DNA of 64,000 nucleotides from Octopus vulgaris. Taxonomy: Eukaryota. Location of the stretch: the NCBI GenBank assembly GCA_951406725.2, contig OX597819.1, forward strand, positions 64,666,001 through 64,730,000, given 5' to 3'. The notes under the pieces were generated by a model that saw only the letters and a list, made by a program, of their open reading frames with translations, did no database searches and was not told the DNA's origin. Shown one piece after another: positions 51,642 through 64,000 of this stretch (positions are counted from its first letter, which is position 1; the number at the start of each line of letters is the position of its first letter). A program made the translations under genes and the position numbers.

Positions 51642-51879
51642 GAAATATATATACATATAAGCATATTCCTTGATGTATACACGCATCCATATGTCGACTA
51701 GTATAGATCTAGGTGTGATCGTATGCACATGTGTGTATATCTATGTGTGTATGTGTGTGTTAACTTGCTACTCATTGTATGTATGCGTGAAAGAATGTGA
51801 AGAAAATAATTGCCCTGAACAAAAGCAGATTAATTTCTTCTTAACATTTTCAGCACTTATAAAATTTCTATTCGCCTTT

Positions 51880-51958
<79 letters not shown>

Positions 51959-52690
51959 TTTGTATGTATATGTATAACTGAAATGTTAGAAAATTATAAA
52001 ATGATAATGAAAGTAAAACATATAAGTGAAAATAGATTACTATGAAATTACATATTTGCCGATGATTTCAATGTAGCTGTTGAGAAAATGAAGCAATTCA
52101 TTGAAGCCTAACTCACTGTGTAGCATTTTGAACAACGTAATATCTGAATGTAATTTACAATGAAGGATAGAGAATTTATTGTTAAATGTTTGGAAATGAA
52201 TGCTAAAAGAAATAAAGTTGATAGAATATTATATGGAAGTTAAATGAAAGATGGCTTGTGTTAGGTAATATAACGTTTACACTTTGGTTTTATATTAGAG
52301 GAAAGAAACGGAACAAAGTAAATAATTGAGGAACAATTGATGGTGTAAGGAAATACAATGTTGGTAGAAGTTAAGTGATCGTTTACTTCACAGAGAAAAA
52401 AAATAAGAGAAAGAAAAAATTCTCTTGGAGTTATGATAGTTAAGATTACACGCATTCATATATATGTGTGTGCTGATGCATCTACCTGTATGTTGGTCCA
52501 GATGCGGCTACTTAGACATAAAGTTCACGTTGCCACTCCGTGGTTTCACGATCAATACAACTTTGAGGCTATGTGGGCAAATTTTCTGCTATCCAATGAA
52601 TTTTAAGTGAATTTGGTAGAAGGAAATTCTGTTGTGCTACTCATGTGTATATTATTATATGTATGCATGTATGTGTGTGTGTGTTTGTGT

Positions 52691-52748
<58 letters not shown>

Positions 52749-53084
52749 TTAAGAGTCTACATACATGTGTATACACAGAGGTACACACACGTATCAATGA
52801 ATACAAGGACACATGCTAACAAATATAGGCAGAGCAATATAAATTTTGTCGGCTACAAACGAAATATATTTATTCAGATGCATATATATCTTTATTAGTT
52901 TAAAAAGTAAGTCTTGTAGCATTTTTAACATGATCAGTTTGATGGCAGTCTTTTTAAGTGATTAGGGTAAAACAAACATTATATTCTAATGTCTGTTTTG
53001 TTTTGTTATACATTGCATGGTAGCATAAAGATGGCGTTAGTATCGAGTTCAACATGTTTTTGATTAAATGTGTGCCATTTATTG

Positions 53085-53295
53085 AGTTCAAATTTTTGCC
53101 ACAAGGGCAGCAGGGCGAGAGGATTAAGTCAATTAAATCGACCTCCAGTGCGAAATTGGTACTAACTTAATCGACATCGAAAAGATGAAGGGCAAAGTTA
53201 ACCTCGGAAGAATTTGAACTCAGAACGTTGTGACAGACGAAATACCGATGAAGCGTTTAGTCCAGCTGGCTAATAATTCTGCCAGACAACTGCCA
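53085..53295 (-). mobile_element. SINE family B
   Basis: GGCAAAGTTAACCTCGGAAGAATTTGAACTCAGAACG..GACGAAATACCG..GCTAATAATTCTGCCAG is the reverse complement of the family B head. Confidence 0.75.
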
Positions 53296-53559
53296 TCAAT
53301 TCAAGCCAGTTATTGCATGCGATACTAATTCAAAAGGATCGGTTCAGCATTGGAAGCAGTAAGCAATTTTTGTTTTGTGTTTGGGAATGAAGCATTTAGT
53401 ATTGTCACACTCTACCTATTATATGCCTAGATTCGATCGGAAATTTCTTTTCTCACGCAAATATCCTTCGTATTGGATGATTATGTTCTGTTAATATTCT
53501 GAACCTGCTCGAGAATAAGCTAAATCACTTTATGATAAGTTCAAATCACTTTTGGACTT

Positions 53560-54120
53560 TTGGATCATAAAACAACTTCATGCACCTGAAAGTCTATCTA
53601 AATTCGGTCAGGTGGTTTCTCATCATTTGATAGCTTCTTAGCTTTATTAAAGCGTTGCTTTTTGCTCGACATTGAAGTGTAGATCTGCTACCAATTTTTT
53701 TCTCATTCATCCGAAAATCAAACCTACACCCGAAAATAGTTGTACTCTGTAATTGATGTCATATGAAGCCTGTCGATTATGGTGAGTTATTTCACCAAAG
53801 TGACACATTAAATGCGCAGAAATATTGTCCTCAAACGAAAGCTTTGCACAAGAGGTTACAGAAAGAGCACGCATTGATGGTAAATCTTAAAAGGCCTTCG
53901 TTCTTACGGCCTGTCTCTGCTTATCTTCCTACAACGGACTGTGATCTTTTCAGATCATTGCGACATTATTTCGCAGGAAAACAGATAATTAATCATGAAG
54001 ATTTTTAAAAATGATATATCACAACGTAGCATGTACGATCTGCCATTCATCCAGTCTAAAATGAGGTGAGCACTTCGTGAGGAAATCCGGGAAGAAAACG
54101 AGAAAAACCTACGAAACCAC
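53560..54120 (+). pseudogene. Mariner transposase fossil 1
   Basis: GQVVSHHL (WVPHxL-like), PKIVVLC..MKPVDYGEL..DTLNAQKYC, SAYLPTTDCDLFRSLRHYFAGK (YSPDLAPSDYHLF-like). Confidence 0.7.
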
Positions 54121-54199
54121 AAAGGGAAACAACCTTCGTTAAGTTTAATGGGAACTGATATAATTCCATTCATAGATTGTAAGGTATACATCTTTAATC

Positions 54200-55052
54200 C
54201 ATTAAATGAAAGACACTAATAGTTTTGTGCGTTCATGGATACCAGGCGATTAACGATAAATTAAATAGCCAATGTTATTACCATATCTCGTAAAAGATTT
54301 GAGAATATTCTGCGCAATGTGCTTGGCATGTTGAAGGTTTCTGCTAGGTGGGTGTCAGGTCTTCTGACACCGAATCACGATGATCATATAAAGGAAAAAC
54401 CTGACATTGTTTGAGGCAGATCCAGTTGGTTTCCTTGAATGCATTAAATGTATCTCTTTGAGATAGCGATGCAGAGAAAATTCAAGCAGTGAAAACACCC
54501 CTTCTCACCTGCTTCAAACAAGGCCAAAGACTTTTAATTTGTAGGGAAGGTGATGGTCTCAGATATTTAGAGACGTATTGGGATTATTAACTACATTGGA
54601 AGAGGTCCACAGCACGAATGGAGAGGTCTATGCCAAGTTGCTGAGGCTTTTACCATAGGCTATCAAATTAAAATGTTATGAAAACTCATGATAGAGGTCT
54701 TGTTTCATCATGACAGACCTAGGTTTTAATGGCTCCCGTCCGTGATTGTGACTGATCAGCCACCATATTCGACTGATTTCACCTCATCTGACAATCATCA
54801 GTTCTCCATGATGAAAAAGCATTTAGCTGAATATCAGTATGCAGTGATGATGACGTGGTATCAGCTGTTGATACGTTTGTTTGTTTTTTTAACTGCAGGA
54901 AGATAGCTTCTACACTAACGGGGTCCAAGCAGTGCAATACCGATGGAAGATGTGTGTGGACCGCAAGGGGGCTGTACTGAAAAACAAAGCTTATATGGTC
55001 ACTTTGGATGTGAGGATCTTGGTAAGCATATGGACTTGTCAGCCGAACCCCG
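54200..55052 (+). pseudogene. Mariner transposase fossil 2 with probable 3' TIR remnant
   Basis: RRLT..ENILRNVLGMLKVSARWV..LLTP, Q*KHP.SP, VGKVMVS, LFHHD, PPYSTDFTSSD, FYTNGVQAVQYRWKMCV..G; ends TCAGCCGAACCCCG|TA. Confidence 0.82.
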
Positions 55053-55718
55053 TAAAACAGGACCTACAAATCATAACTCTCAGACCAGTTTTTGTTAATT
55101 AATAATTTCATTTTTCCCACGGATTTTATATCGTGTTACTTCATGTTATCTTCTGCCTAAGATATTTAATTACATGGAAACCATATATAAATATATATGT
55201 TACAAAAGATATATCGCACTTAATCTTAAACCATCTTGCACATGATAATGCCATTTACATAATTATATATAGAAGTTCCATGAAATAATTCCATATTGCC
55301 TTGACTTATTAGGGCTTCATTCACTTACCTTATCATAAACCAGTTTGCTTAATTAATTATTCTGTTGCCATTAATTAATCAAGAATTCTAAATTTTCTTA
55401 TCTATTTGAGTAATACTATATTAGCTGTTAACGTGTGATGATAAGCTTGATCTTCCTGACTTTATCTAAATTATTATCTGAACTTTCGTATGCTCTGCTT
55501 CTTGGAACTGCTTTGCACATGTATTAGTGTAATGTGTTTGTATATGTTTTAATCACCTGTATAGTTTTAACTTTATAATCTAACTTTAACATAGATATTA
55601 GAATTACTTTTAATTCTGTTCAGCACATACTTTTCTCTTATTGTTCAAGCGTGGGTTATTAACAGTACTATTCCCTCAGAACAGTATATTTCATTATTTG
55701 CATTGGAAAATGGAAATG

Positions 55719-55892
55719 GAGGCGCAAGCAAGCGAGGCTGTGTGGTGAGAAGCTTGCTTCCCAACCATATGGATCCCAGTTAAGTCCAAATATGCGGCAT
55801 CTTCGTTCAGTGTCTTCTACTATGATCCCAGGTCAGCCAAAAGTTTGTGAGTCGGTTTGGTAGATCAAAACTAAACTGAAAGAAGCCCATTG
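55719..55892 (+). mobile_element. SINE family A, 5' half
   Basis: GGCTGTGTGGTGAGAAGCTTGCTTCCCAACCA..TTTGGTAGA..AAACTGAAAGAAGCCC. Confidence 0.75.
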
Positions 55893-55985
55893 CACACACA
55901 CACACACACACACAAACACATACACATACATATACACACACATACATATATATATATGCATGTATATATATATATATATATATAT

Positions 55986-56190
55986 TCTTTTACTGTTTTA
56001 CTTGTTTCAGTCATTTCACTGCGGCCATGCTGAAGCGCTGCCTTTCGTCGATGAAATCGACCACATGACTTTGTAAACCTAGTATTTAGTCTATCGAACT
56101 CTTTCGCCGAACCGCTAAGTTACAGGGACATAAGCACACTGGCATCGGTTGTCAAGCGATGTTCGGGGGACAAACATAGACACACAAACA
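55986..56190 (-). mobile_element. SINE family A, 3' half in opposite orientation
   Basis: TTTTACTTGTTTCAGTCATTT..GCCGAACCGCTAAGTTAC..GCATCGGTTGTCAAGCGATG..GGGGGACAAACA. Confidence 0.8.
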
Positions 56191-56203
56191 TGTACACACA
56201 TAC

Positions 56204-56287
<84 letters not shown>

Positions 56288-56322
56288 ACAGACTGGTCAA
56301 GACAGGATACAGACAAGAGAAG

Positions 56323-56575
56323 AGGCAGTTATAATACAGCGATAGGTCACGATTGGTCAGAATGCTGATGACGTCCCGTTCTGCTTGACTAAGCCACCTA
56401 ACGAAAAGGGGCAGATCTAATACAGCTATAAGTCGTGATTGGTCAAAACGTTGATGACGTCACGCTACACTGGACTGACCACCTAACAGGCAATATAAAA
56501 CCCGAACAATTCACAAGACTCACTAGAATCACCCAGCGAACATCCACCATGGGTCATCACAATTGCTCAAGGTAA
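56323..56575 (+). promoter_or_regulatory. Candidate Pol II promoter module (possibly LTR-derived): two ~86-bp repeats, each with inverted CCAAT and CRE, then TATA
   Basis: ATTGG 56352 and 56438; TGACGTC 56369 and TGACGTCA 56455; TATAAAA 56494; CCACCATGG 56544; AG|GTAA 56570. Confidence 0.45.
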
Positions 56576-56925
56576 AAATGAATTCCTCGCTCTTTCGGGA
56601 ACATCAATCTTCTGTATTGACTGCTTTCCACCACTTTGATCTGTTTTTTTGTATTGAATACGTATCGCCACCGTGGGCCACTGCATCGAACACTTTGAAC
56701 ATATAGCATGAATGACCTTACTTCAAACTATATTTGAACTTTAAGATGTCTGACTCCGTTGTGTATTGTAAATGAATTTCTTGTGTTTGACGGCATGAGC
56801 TGTCTTTTTTTATATATAACTTTTTTTGATAAGGTTCATTTCAGGAACTGAAACATGTTATAATGTATATATAAAAATTAAAAATTGTATAATATAGCAG
56901 CATTTTTGAACTTCATTTTTTACAA

Positions 56926-56980
<55 letters not shown>

Positions 56981-58536
56981 ATCCTTCGGTATGTAGTTAT
57001 TAAAAAAAGTAAATAAATATTAAAGGGTAAATAACAAGGGCAGTTAGATAAGTCAACTTGCAGTTAAACAACGTAGACATTAACTATAGCAACCAAAAAG
57101 TGAACAAATGCCTTTTGTTTTGATATAGTATTGCGTCTTAAAAATTCGTGGAAATACGAAACGTCTAAATTATCTGACGTTTCAAATTGACGCCGTATTT
57201 TTTTACACGCATCCGCATTTTCTCCACATTGTGTGTACGTACGTCCTTATTTGTCGGATGTTCAAATTTCTGATGTACAGTCACTTTGTGAGTGTACATA
57301 CCGTCATTTAGGCTTCCACTAGATCCTAGCTGTTATTTCCCCTTTAATTTTTATTTACTTTTTAATCACCACATACTGAAGGATTACCATATATATAGCT
57401 GGCCACCAACTCATTTTCCCGCAAAATAAAACAAAAGAGGGCTTGTATGTCCACGCATGAACAAATTTGTAATTGAAAATGCACGTAAATTTGAAAAACG
57501 TTTGTTTTTAAATAAGTTCATTTACATATATACCAATGTATGCCACTGGCATTTAGCGTAGAGGATAAGAGCGTGGGTTAATAACCCCAAGATTTTGAGT
57601 TCAATTCCAGGCTGTGCTTTGAAATAATAATAATAATAATAATAACAATAATAATAATAATGATGAGGAGGAGGAGGATGATAACATCAGCAAAATTACC
57701 ATAGGATTGAGAACCCAGGGTCGGGTACAAAATTCTACCAGTACACCCTATGAAGTATGTAGAGCAAATCAACCGAAACGTTGTAACAACAAACAAGATG
57801 AGCACACATATCCGTCCAATATAATGTATAGAATACCTCATCTCTAAAATATAGGACAAAATACTAAACTAATTCCAACAATATGTTTTGTTTATCAATG
57901 GTAAAAATCTAAAATTATGAAGTAGAAAAAATGCTTAAAAGTTTCAATGTTTAGAAGTTTAAATGTGCATAACAATCAATAATATAAAAAATGTGGATCA
58001 TCAACGTTCCAATCATACCGAGTTAAGAGCAAGAAAAACCAAGGAAAATGATGATATTAAAAAAAAGGGGGATTTAGTTTACTGTTTCTCTGATTCGCTT
58101 TCCGTCGTGTGCAGGGATTTTCGCTATGACGGTGTTTTTTTTTGGAGGGGGGGAATCCGGTGAATTCATAATTTTTTTCCGTGAACAGTTCTGATTTTTT
58201 ATTCTTTAAATTACTATTATCGTCTGGTTTTTCTGGTGGTCTTGTTTGTCGTTCTGTTTGGTTGGTTTCCTTGTGGGGAACGGTCATCAGCCGTTCCAGT
58301 TTGCTGTTTCTCTTAAAGGGTCATTTTGTTATATTTGCTGCAGATCGGTTTTTTCATCGGAGGTAAAATTACATCGGTGCAGAGTTAGGTGATGTCAGCA
58401 ACTTGTGTTTGTATCGTGATTTGGAGTTGCGGTTTCTAAACCCACGTGGAAGGCTGTTGCTATGTACGCTCGAGGGAGTGTGCATGCAGGATCGATATTT
58501 ACAAGTATGCAAAATTGATTGATATAATATTTTATA

Positions 58537-58760
58537 CAATAATCCCTCGACTATCAGGAGTGTTATGTTACAACCCCCATGCCCGCGATAGCTGAAAATC
58601 CGCGAAGAAGAAACAGTACGGTACTGTATATGATTTTAAAAATTATTTTTATAATTTGTATATATTTATTTCATTATAAATGCAAAACAACACCTCGGTG
58701 GAGTCGACGTAAGCTTAAATAATAAACCCCGATAGGTTAACCGCGATATGTTGAGGAATT

Positions 58761-58764
<4 letters not shown>
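58537..58764. mobile_element. Tigger/pogo-type MITE, diverged
   Basis: TA|CAATAATCCCTCGACTATC ... GATATGTTGAGGAATTACT imperfect TIRs; internal CCGCGATA repeats. Confidence 0.65.
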
Positions 58765-58801
<37 letters not shown>

Positions 58802-59059
58802 GTGTGTGTGTGCATACACGTGTGTGCGTGCATGTGTGTGTGTCTTTGTGTCTGATCTTCTTCCCCTCCATTACTTGACAGTAGAGCTGTAAATTCTGTT
58901 GCTGGAGTGAGAGGGGTGGAGAGAGACCTATAAGTAATCATACGCCGAGAAAGACTGTATGCATGAATATGTCAAATTTATCATTTGAGTATATTACTGA
59001 TTTTTTTTATATCTCTCGATTTTTCTGCATATATTTCTCGATTTCTTACCTTCTATTTG

Positions 59060-59398
59060 CTGGGTCACCGCCTTGAAGAATTCTTAATTGAATCAATCGA
59101 CATCAGTACCTGAACTTATTGTATCGATTTGTTTTGTGGAAACAGTGAGGTGGCCCTAAACACACTAGCAACGATTGTCAAGCAGCAGAGGAGGAAAAAC
59201 ACAGGCACAGAGACACACACATTCATACACATCAGAGTTCTTTCAGTTTTCGTGTACCGAAACAACTCACAAATCTTTCTTCGACAACTAACTATTGCAG
59301 AATTTACTTGCTACACAAGTTGACACATATTGGGTCTGTAGTCGGAACCATGTGCTTCGGAAGGGGACTGCTTTCCACACAGCCACGCCTGCTTCCTG
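59060..59398 (-). mobile_element. Diverged SINE family A copy
   Basis: TTCTTTCAGTTT..GGAACCATGTG..CCACACAGCCACGCCTGC. Confidence 0.7.
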
Positions 59399-60185
59399 CT
59401 AAAAAAAAAAACCCAAATACAAACCGATATTTTTTAAATAAAATAGTCATGTTTCCTTTGTATGACAAGAAGATTGAGTATGTCATTACTTAGATATTCC
59501 TTCTTCAGTTTTCTGTTGAAAAGCTACCAAAGAAAGTATTTTTTCCCATCTATTGTGGCTTAGACTATAATTCTCTCACATATGACACGTATAAGTCGAT
59601 AAGAAAGTACATTTGGTAATTCCACACTAAAGTGGCAGAGATCATTCTCAAAGAAATATAATAGACCGACTTTTAATAAGCATCCATTTGGTAATATTCC
59701 AATTATATCTTAATGCTTTTACGTCGTCTATGACTGACAATTACAATGTTAGTGTTACAGCTTCACAGAAATATCGCTGCTAATCTTCAAGTTTACTGAG
59801 AACTGCCGACAAATACATTAATAAAAACGATTTACTTTAAAGTAATATCGATGAAGACAACGACGACGACCATGTTGTTGATCAAATTTGAGAATATAAC
59901 AAATGAAAATGAGCGTATAATCTGAGCCGTTGAAATTTTGGGGATTAACATCAGACAGAACAAAGAGGAACATGTTCAGAGTGGGAGTGCGGATTTGAAA
60001 AACATTTATAGAACATCATTTAAAGTTAAATGTTAGAATGTTAGAAGAAAAATGGAGCCAGCATATAATAGACATAAGATCGCGCTCACGAGTCATATAA
60101 CACGAGGAAAGCAACGGTTAAGACAATGTCAAGTAAAAACAAAAGAATAACAATAAGGAATACTTATATATATATATGTATGCAT

Positions 60186-60345
60186 AAGAGTGGTTCTGTG
60201 CTAAGAAGCTTGCTTTCCAACTACATAGTTCTGGGTTCAGTCCCACTGCATGGTATTTTGGGGAAGTATATTCTACTATAGTCTCGGAACGACCAAGGCC
60301 TTGTGAGTGGATTTGGTAGACGGTAAATAAAAGAAGACCGTTGTG
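60186..60345 (+). mobile_element. SINE family A, 5' half
   Basis: GAGTGGTTCTGTGCTAAGAAGCTTGC..GGGTTCAGTCCCACTGC..GCCTTGTGAGTGGATTTGGTAGACGG. Confidence 0.8.
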
Positions 60346-60704
60346 TGTGGATATATATATATGTATATATATATACATATATAATGTTAACATTAATGAC
60401 ACTTGGTAAATTAATAAGAATTAATATAATGTACTCTTGACTCTGTGTATCTGCATTTGTGTATTAATATGTGTATGTTTTATACATTGTAATAACACAA
60501 TATCAAGTTGAAAAACTCTAAAGTTCAGTGTGGAACATGTGTATGTTTATTTGTTTATTGGCTTATATTATTTATATTATTATGTATATGTATGTGTATG
60601 TGAATGGGGGTATGAGTATATGCACTCATATGTATATGTATATGATTTATTATGGGTATGTAGCCACACATATATAAATGTATATGTAATCTGATTTGTA
60701 TTTC

Positions 60705-60836
60705 ATAATCTCTGAAGAGACCTTAGGATATTTTTGAAGATGTCTCATTTATAACTACATATTAACCTACCATAAAAGGCTAATATAAGTAAAATGAGAC
60801 ATACTTATCTGCATGACCGAAACAGCTGTAAGATAT
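60705..60836 (+). ncRNA. Degenerate type I hammerhead-like motif with long stem II
   Basis: ATCT-CTGAAGA (60712) ... GAAAC-AGCT-GTA-AGAT (60819-60834); internal ATGTCTCATTT/AAATGAGACAT helix; basal stem II mismatched. Confidence 0.5.
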
Positions 60837-61056
60837 AGTTTATATTTATATTTATTTATATTTATATTCTCTTATACATATAGTACTTATTGTATCAAAT
60901 TACTCCTTTATGTACACTCCTTTATGTACACTGTTTGGTTATGCATTATTATGTTCGACCCTGAAGTTTCTTATGTGGTGGTCTAATAAAGTATGTGATT
61001 GGGTATTATCTGGTAGTTGATATTTGATTGGGATGTATTTCTCCATTTTCTTATTT

Positions 61057-61142
<86 letters not shown>

Positions 61143-61352
61143 GAAATAGAAAGATGAATAATCTTGTTGCAGATTAATCAAAAGTTTAACCGATACCTTA
61201 GTAGCAAAAATCACAGCAGAAGACAGCACGGTTGGAGGTACAACCATATGGTGTTGCAACCGTGCGTTGGTGCGGATAATTGAATTTTAATATTATTAGT
61301 GAATTGAAGAAATGGAGTTGAACGAAGACTGAACAGAAATCGTTTTATTGCA

Positions 61353-61432
61353 TTCTACACGTGTTTCGAAAGGCACAATTTACCAAATTCCGAATGAATA
61401 ATGAGACCATATTGTGTCTTTCTCTTCAGGAA
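61353..61432 (-). ncRNA. Minimal type I hammerhead ribozyme (left arm)
   Basis: Reverse complement of 61731-61810. Confidence 0.78.
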
Positions 61433-61730
61433 GAAATAGGAAATCCGTTGGAATAAACAAAAACAGAACAGAAGCAGAGCAAAACAAATCGAACGAGGCT
61501 CCTAAGAGCCCATGGCCAAGGGTTTGGCCATGGGCTCTTAGGAGCCTCGTTCGATTTGTTTTGCTCTGCCTCTGTTCTGTTTTTGTTTATTCCAACGGAT
61601 TTCCTATTTCTTCCTGAAGAGAAAGACACGGCCAAACCATGGGTTTGGCCATGGGCTCTTAGGAGCCTCGTTCGATTTGTTTTGTCTGCCTCTGTTCTGT
61701 TTTTGTTTATTCCAACGGATTTCCTATTTC

Positions 61731-61810
61731 TTCCTGAAGAGAAAGACACAATATGGTCTCATTATTCATTCGGAATTTGGTAAATTGTGCCTTTCGAAAC
61801 ACGTGTAGAA
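61731..61810 (+). ncRNA. Minimal type I hammerhead ribozyme (right arm)
   Basis: TTC-CTGAAGA-GAAAGACACAAT...ATTGTGCCTTTC-GAAAC-ACGT-GTA-GAA: 3-bp stem I, 11/12-bp stem II, palindromic ACGT loop III. Confidence 0.78.
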
Positions 61811-62439
61811 TGCAATAAAACGATTTCTGTTCAATCTTCGTTCAACTCCATTTCTTCAATTCACTAATAATATATATATATATATATATATATAGGGAGA
61901 ATTCTCGAAAAAAGCAACTGACAAAATTTTAAGAACCATTTAGGGGAGATAACTTTCTCAAGCCAGGCGGAGGTCAAAACTGAGATTTCAGAGTTTTTCG
62001 CTTTGAAACCAAATCAGTTTTACATTGATGGGGTTAAAAAGTTTGTAAATAGACGGAAAGAAGTCATAGATAATCAGAAAAAGTACACTGATGATTAACT
62101 TTCAATTAAATATAACGTTTGATAACTTGCTTTCTTTAATCAAAATTCAGACAGAACTTATGTGATGACCAGATATAAATTGAATTTCAAGATTAGAAGT
62201 GATTTTTCATCAAGACAAATTTTTAGGCAGCCAACATACCTTCATCAGTTCCCAACTTAACCAGAATTAGAATAGGAGGAACAGGTTTACCATATCTGGA
62301 TAACTGAGACTCAAATTCTTTACCATCTTCAAACAACAGAAAATTTATTTATTATTATAAAGTCACCCCCCCACTTAGTAGCAAGAGCTTTTTTCCTCTT
62401 GTCTTTTGCCTTTCAAAGAACTTGGGAACCGCACTAGCG

Positions 62440-62601
62440 CTAGTGGCATAAAGAAAGAACCCAGCACATACTACATAGTGGATGGTTGGCATTATGAAGG
62501 GCATCCAACCGTAGAAACCAAGTCAAAGCTGACACTGGAGCTCAGCATAGCCCTGCAGCTTATCAGGTCCTGTTAAATGATCCAAACTATGCATCATCAT
62601 T

Positions 62602-62642
<41 letters not shown>

Positions 62643-62870
62643 TATCATCATCATTATCATTATCATCATTTAATGTCCATTTTCCATGCAAGTATTGGTT
62701 GGGTGGTTTGACCGGAGCTGGCAAAGACCAGGATCCTCACCAGGTTCCATAGTCTATTTTGGTATGGTTATTACAGCTGGATACCCTTCCTAATGCCATC
62801 CACTATACAGAGTTTCTGGGTAGTTTTTACATGCCACCAACACTAGTGCTTCTTTTTATATGGCACCAGC
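62440..62870. mobile_element. Two SINE family C fragments tail-to-tail around (ATC)n
   Basis: GGTTGGCATTATGAAGGGCATCCAACC (+) and ACAGCTGGATACCCTTCCTAATGCCA (-); both related to 14283-14442. Confidence 0.65.
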
Positions 62871-64000
62871 GCCAGGCATAGAAATTGGTCATTAAATTAT
62901 CTGATGATGACTGCACCACACAAATGATTGTAACAATATTAATAAAAGTTTAAAAGTAAAAGCAGCCCAATCTAGCACAATATTCAAGTTACCTTATAGC
63001 TTCTTGATAAGCCCTAAAGGGTTCACTCAAAATATTTACTCAAAATGATTCGTTCTACCCGAGGTTATAGCAGAAGACACTTGCCCAACGTGCCAGACAA
63101 TTTAGTGCGCCATTTTGTATTCCATAGATTGTTACCTTCTATTTTTCCCTCTTATTTTTGACATGGACTGTTGTAATACGTTACTGAACATGACTGAATT
63201 TTCTCTATTTAATCGCTCCGAAAAATGAAAGGCACAGTTGACATCGATGTTAATTGAAGTATGAAACTAAAAGAAATAAAGGTGAACCTAATTACAGTTA
63301 TTTGAACTTAGAACTTTGTGAGTCGACACACTTTGCAATAATTTCTATAGTGTTTCGCTGTAAGAATGGTTTTATCATCCGTTATATTTAATCTATTTTT
63401 TTCGTGAAATAGTAATATTTTTAATATTGGCTGCAAGCCTGTGATTGTCAGGTTTGGGAAGTATCTTTTTATTTTATAAACATATACACATATTCATAAA
63501 AAAATTATGCATATATACGTACCTTCGTATGTATGTATGAATGAATGTATGCATGTATTGAGAGACAAGAAAAGGGAAAAGGATAGCGTGATGATGGGGG
63601 GATGGAAAACTAAAACGACAGTGAGAAGAGAGTTTGTGTGCGAGGTTTAATCTAAAAGGAAGGACTGCACAAGCAAATGTGTAATAAAGCAGGCAAGATG
63701 AGAGAGATAGAGAAACAAAGAGAGAGAGAGGCGGGAGAGAGAGAAGATGAAGAGAGAGAGGATGAAGGAAAAGAATAAGAAGGGAGAGAGAGAGGATGAA
63801 GGAAAAGAATAAGGAAACGACGACGAAGAAGAAGAAGAAGAAGAAGAAGAAGAAGAAGAAGAAGAAGAAGAAGAAGAAGAAGAAGAAGAAGATGAGAGGA
63901 GAAGAAGAAAAAATAATAATAAGAAGATAATGATGATGATGATGATGATGAAATCAAATTTATTGGCATGAGAAGAGCAAAATGTGCTTAGGTCATGTAA

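Larger units (their letters stand above)
61291..61872. repeat. ~580-bp near-perfect palindrome: inverted plus partially tandem Penelope-type terminal repeats
   Basis: Arm 61291-61519 is inverse to 61645-61872; extra partial copy at 61524-61629. Confidence 0.95.

Noticed and set aside
56365-56410. CTGATGA..GAAA inside the promoter-like repeat
   Set aside because: No stem II or III; better explained as part of the CRE motif
61414-61783. Mirror-image ORFs on both strands
   Set aside because: Consequence of the palindrome; no coding signal

Overview
AT-rich, microsatellite-saturated, gene-poor eukaryotic DNA. The SINE, RTE, Tx1, R4/Dong-like and Penelope content is typical of a coleoid cephalopod (Octopus-like) genome, which is an inference from repeat style. 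No host protein-coding exon could be supported; almost all short ORFs in the track are translations of simple repeats. Real coding remnants are all transposon-derived: an RTE LINE (1-2460), three Penelope-like elements (PLEs; 6.0-7.4 kb, 27.9-29.5 kb, 39.8-41.7 kb), Tx1/L1 fragments, several R4/Dong-like RLE 3' ends, a CR1-type 3' end and two mariner fossils. The main finding is non-coding. A near-identical ~493-bp tandem array (49398-51580) has an intact type I hammerhead ribozyme fold with an unusually long stem II in every unit and ends in inverted copies, which makes it a retrozyme / non-autonomous PLE candidate that could yield ~493-nt (circular) RNAs. A 580-bp palindrome (61291-61872) carries two further hammerheads related to the end of a GIY-YIG-encoding PLE in the same window, and several other hammerhead-like families are scattered through the window. 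All folds were paired by eye and none has been tested.
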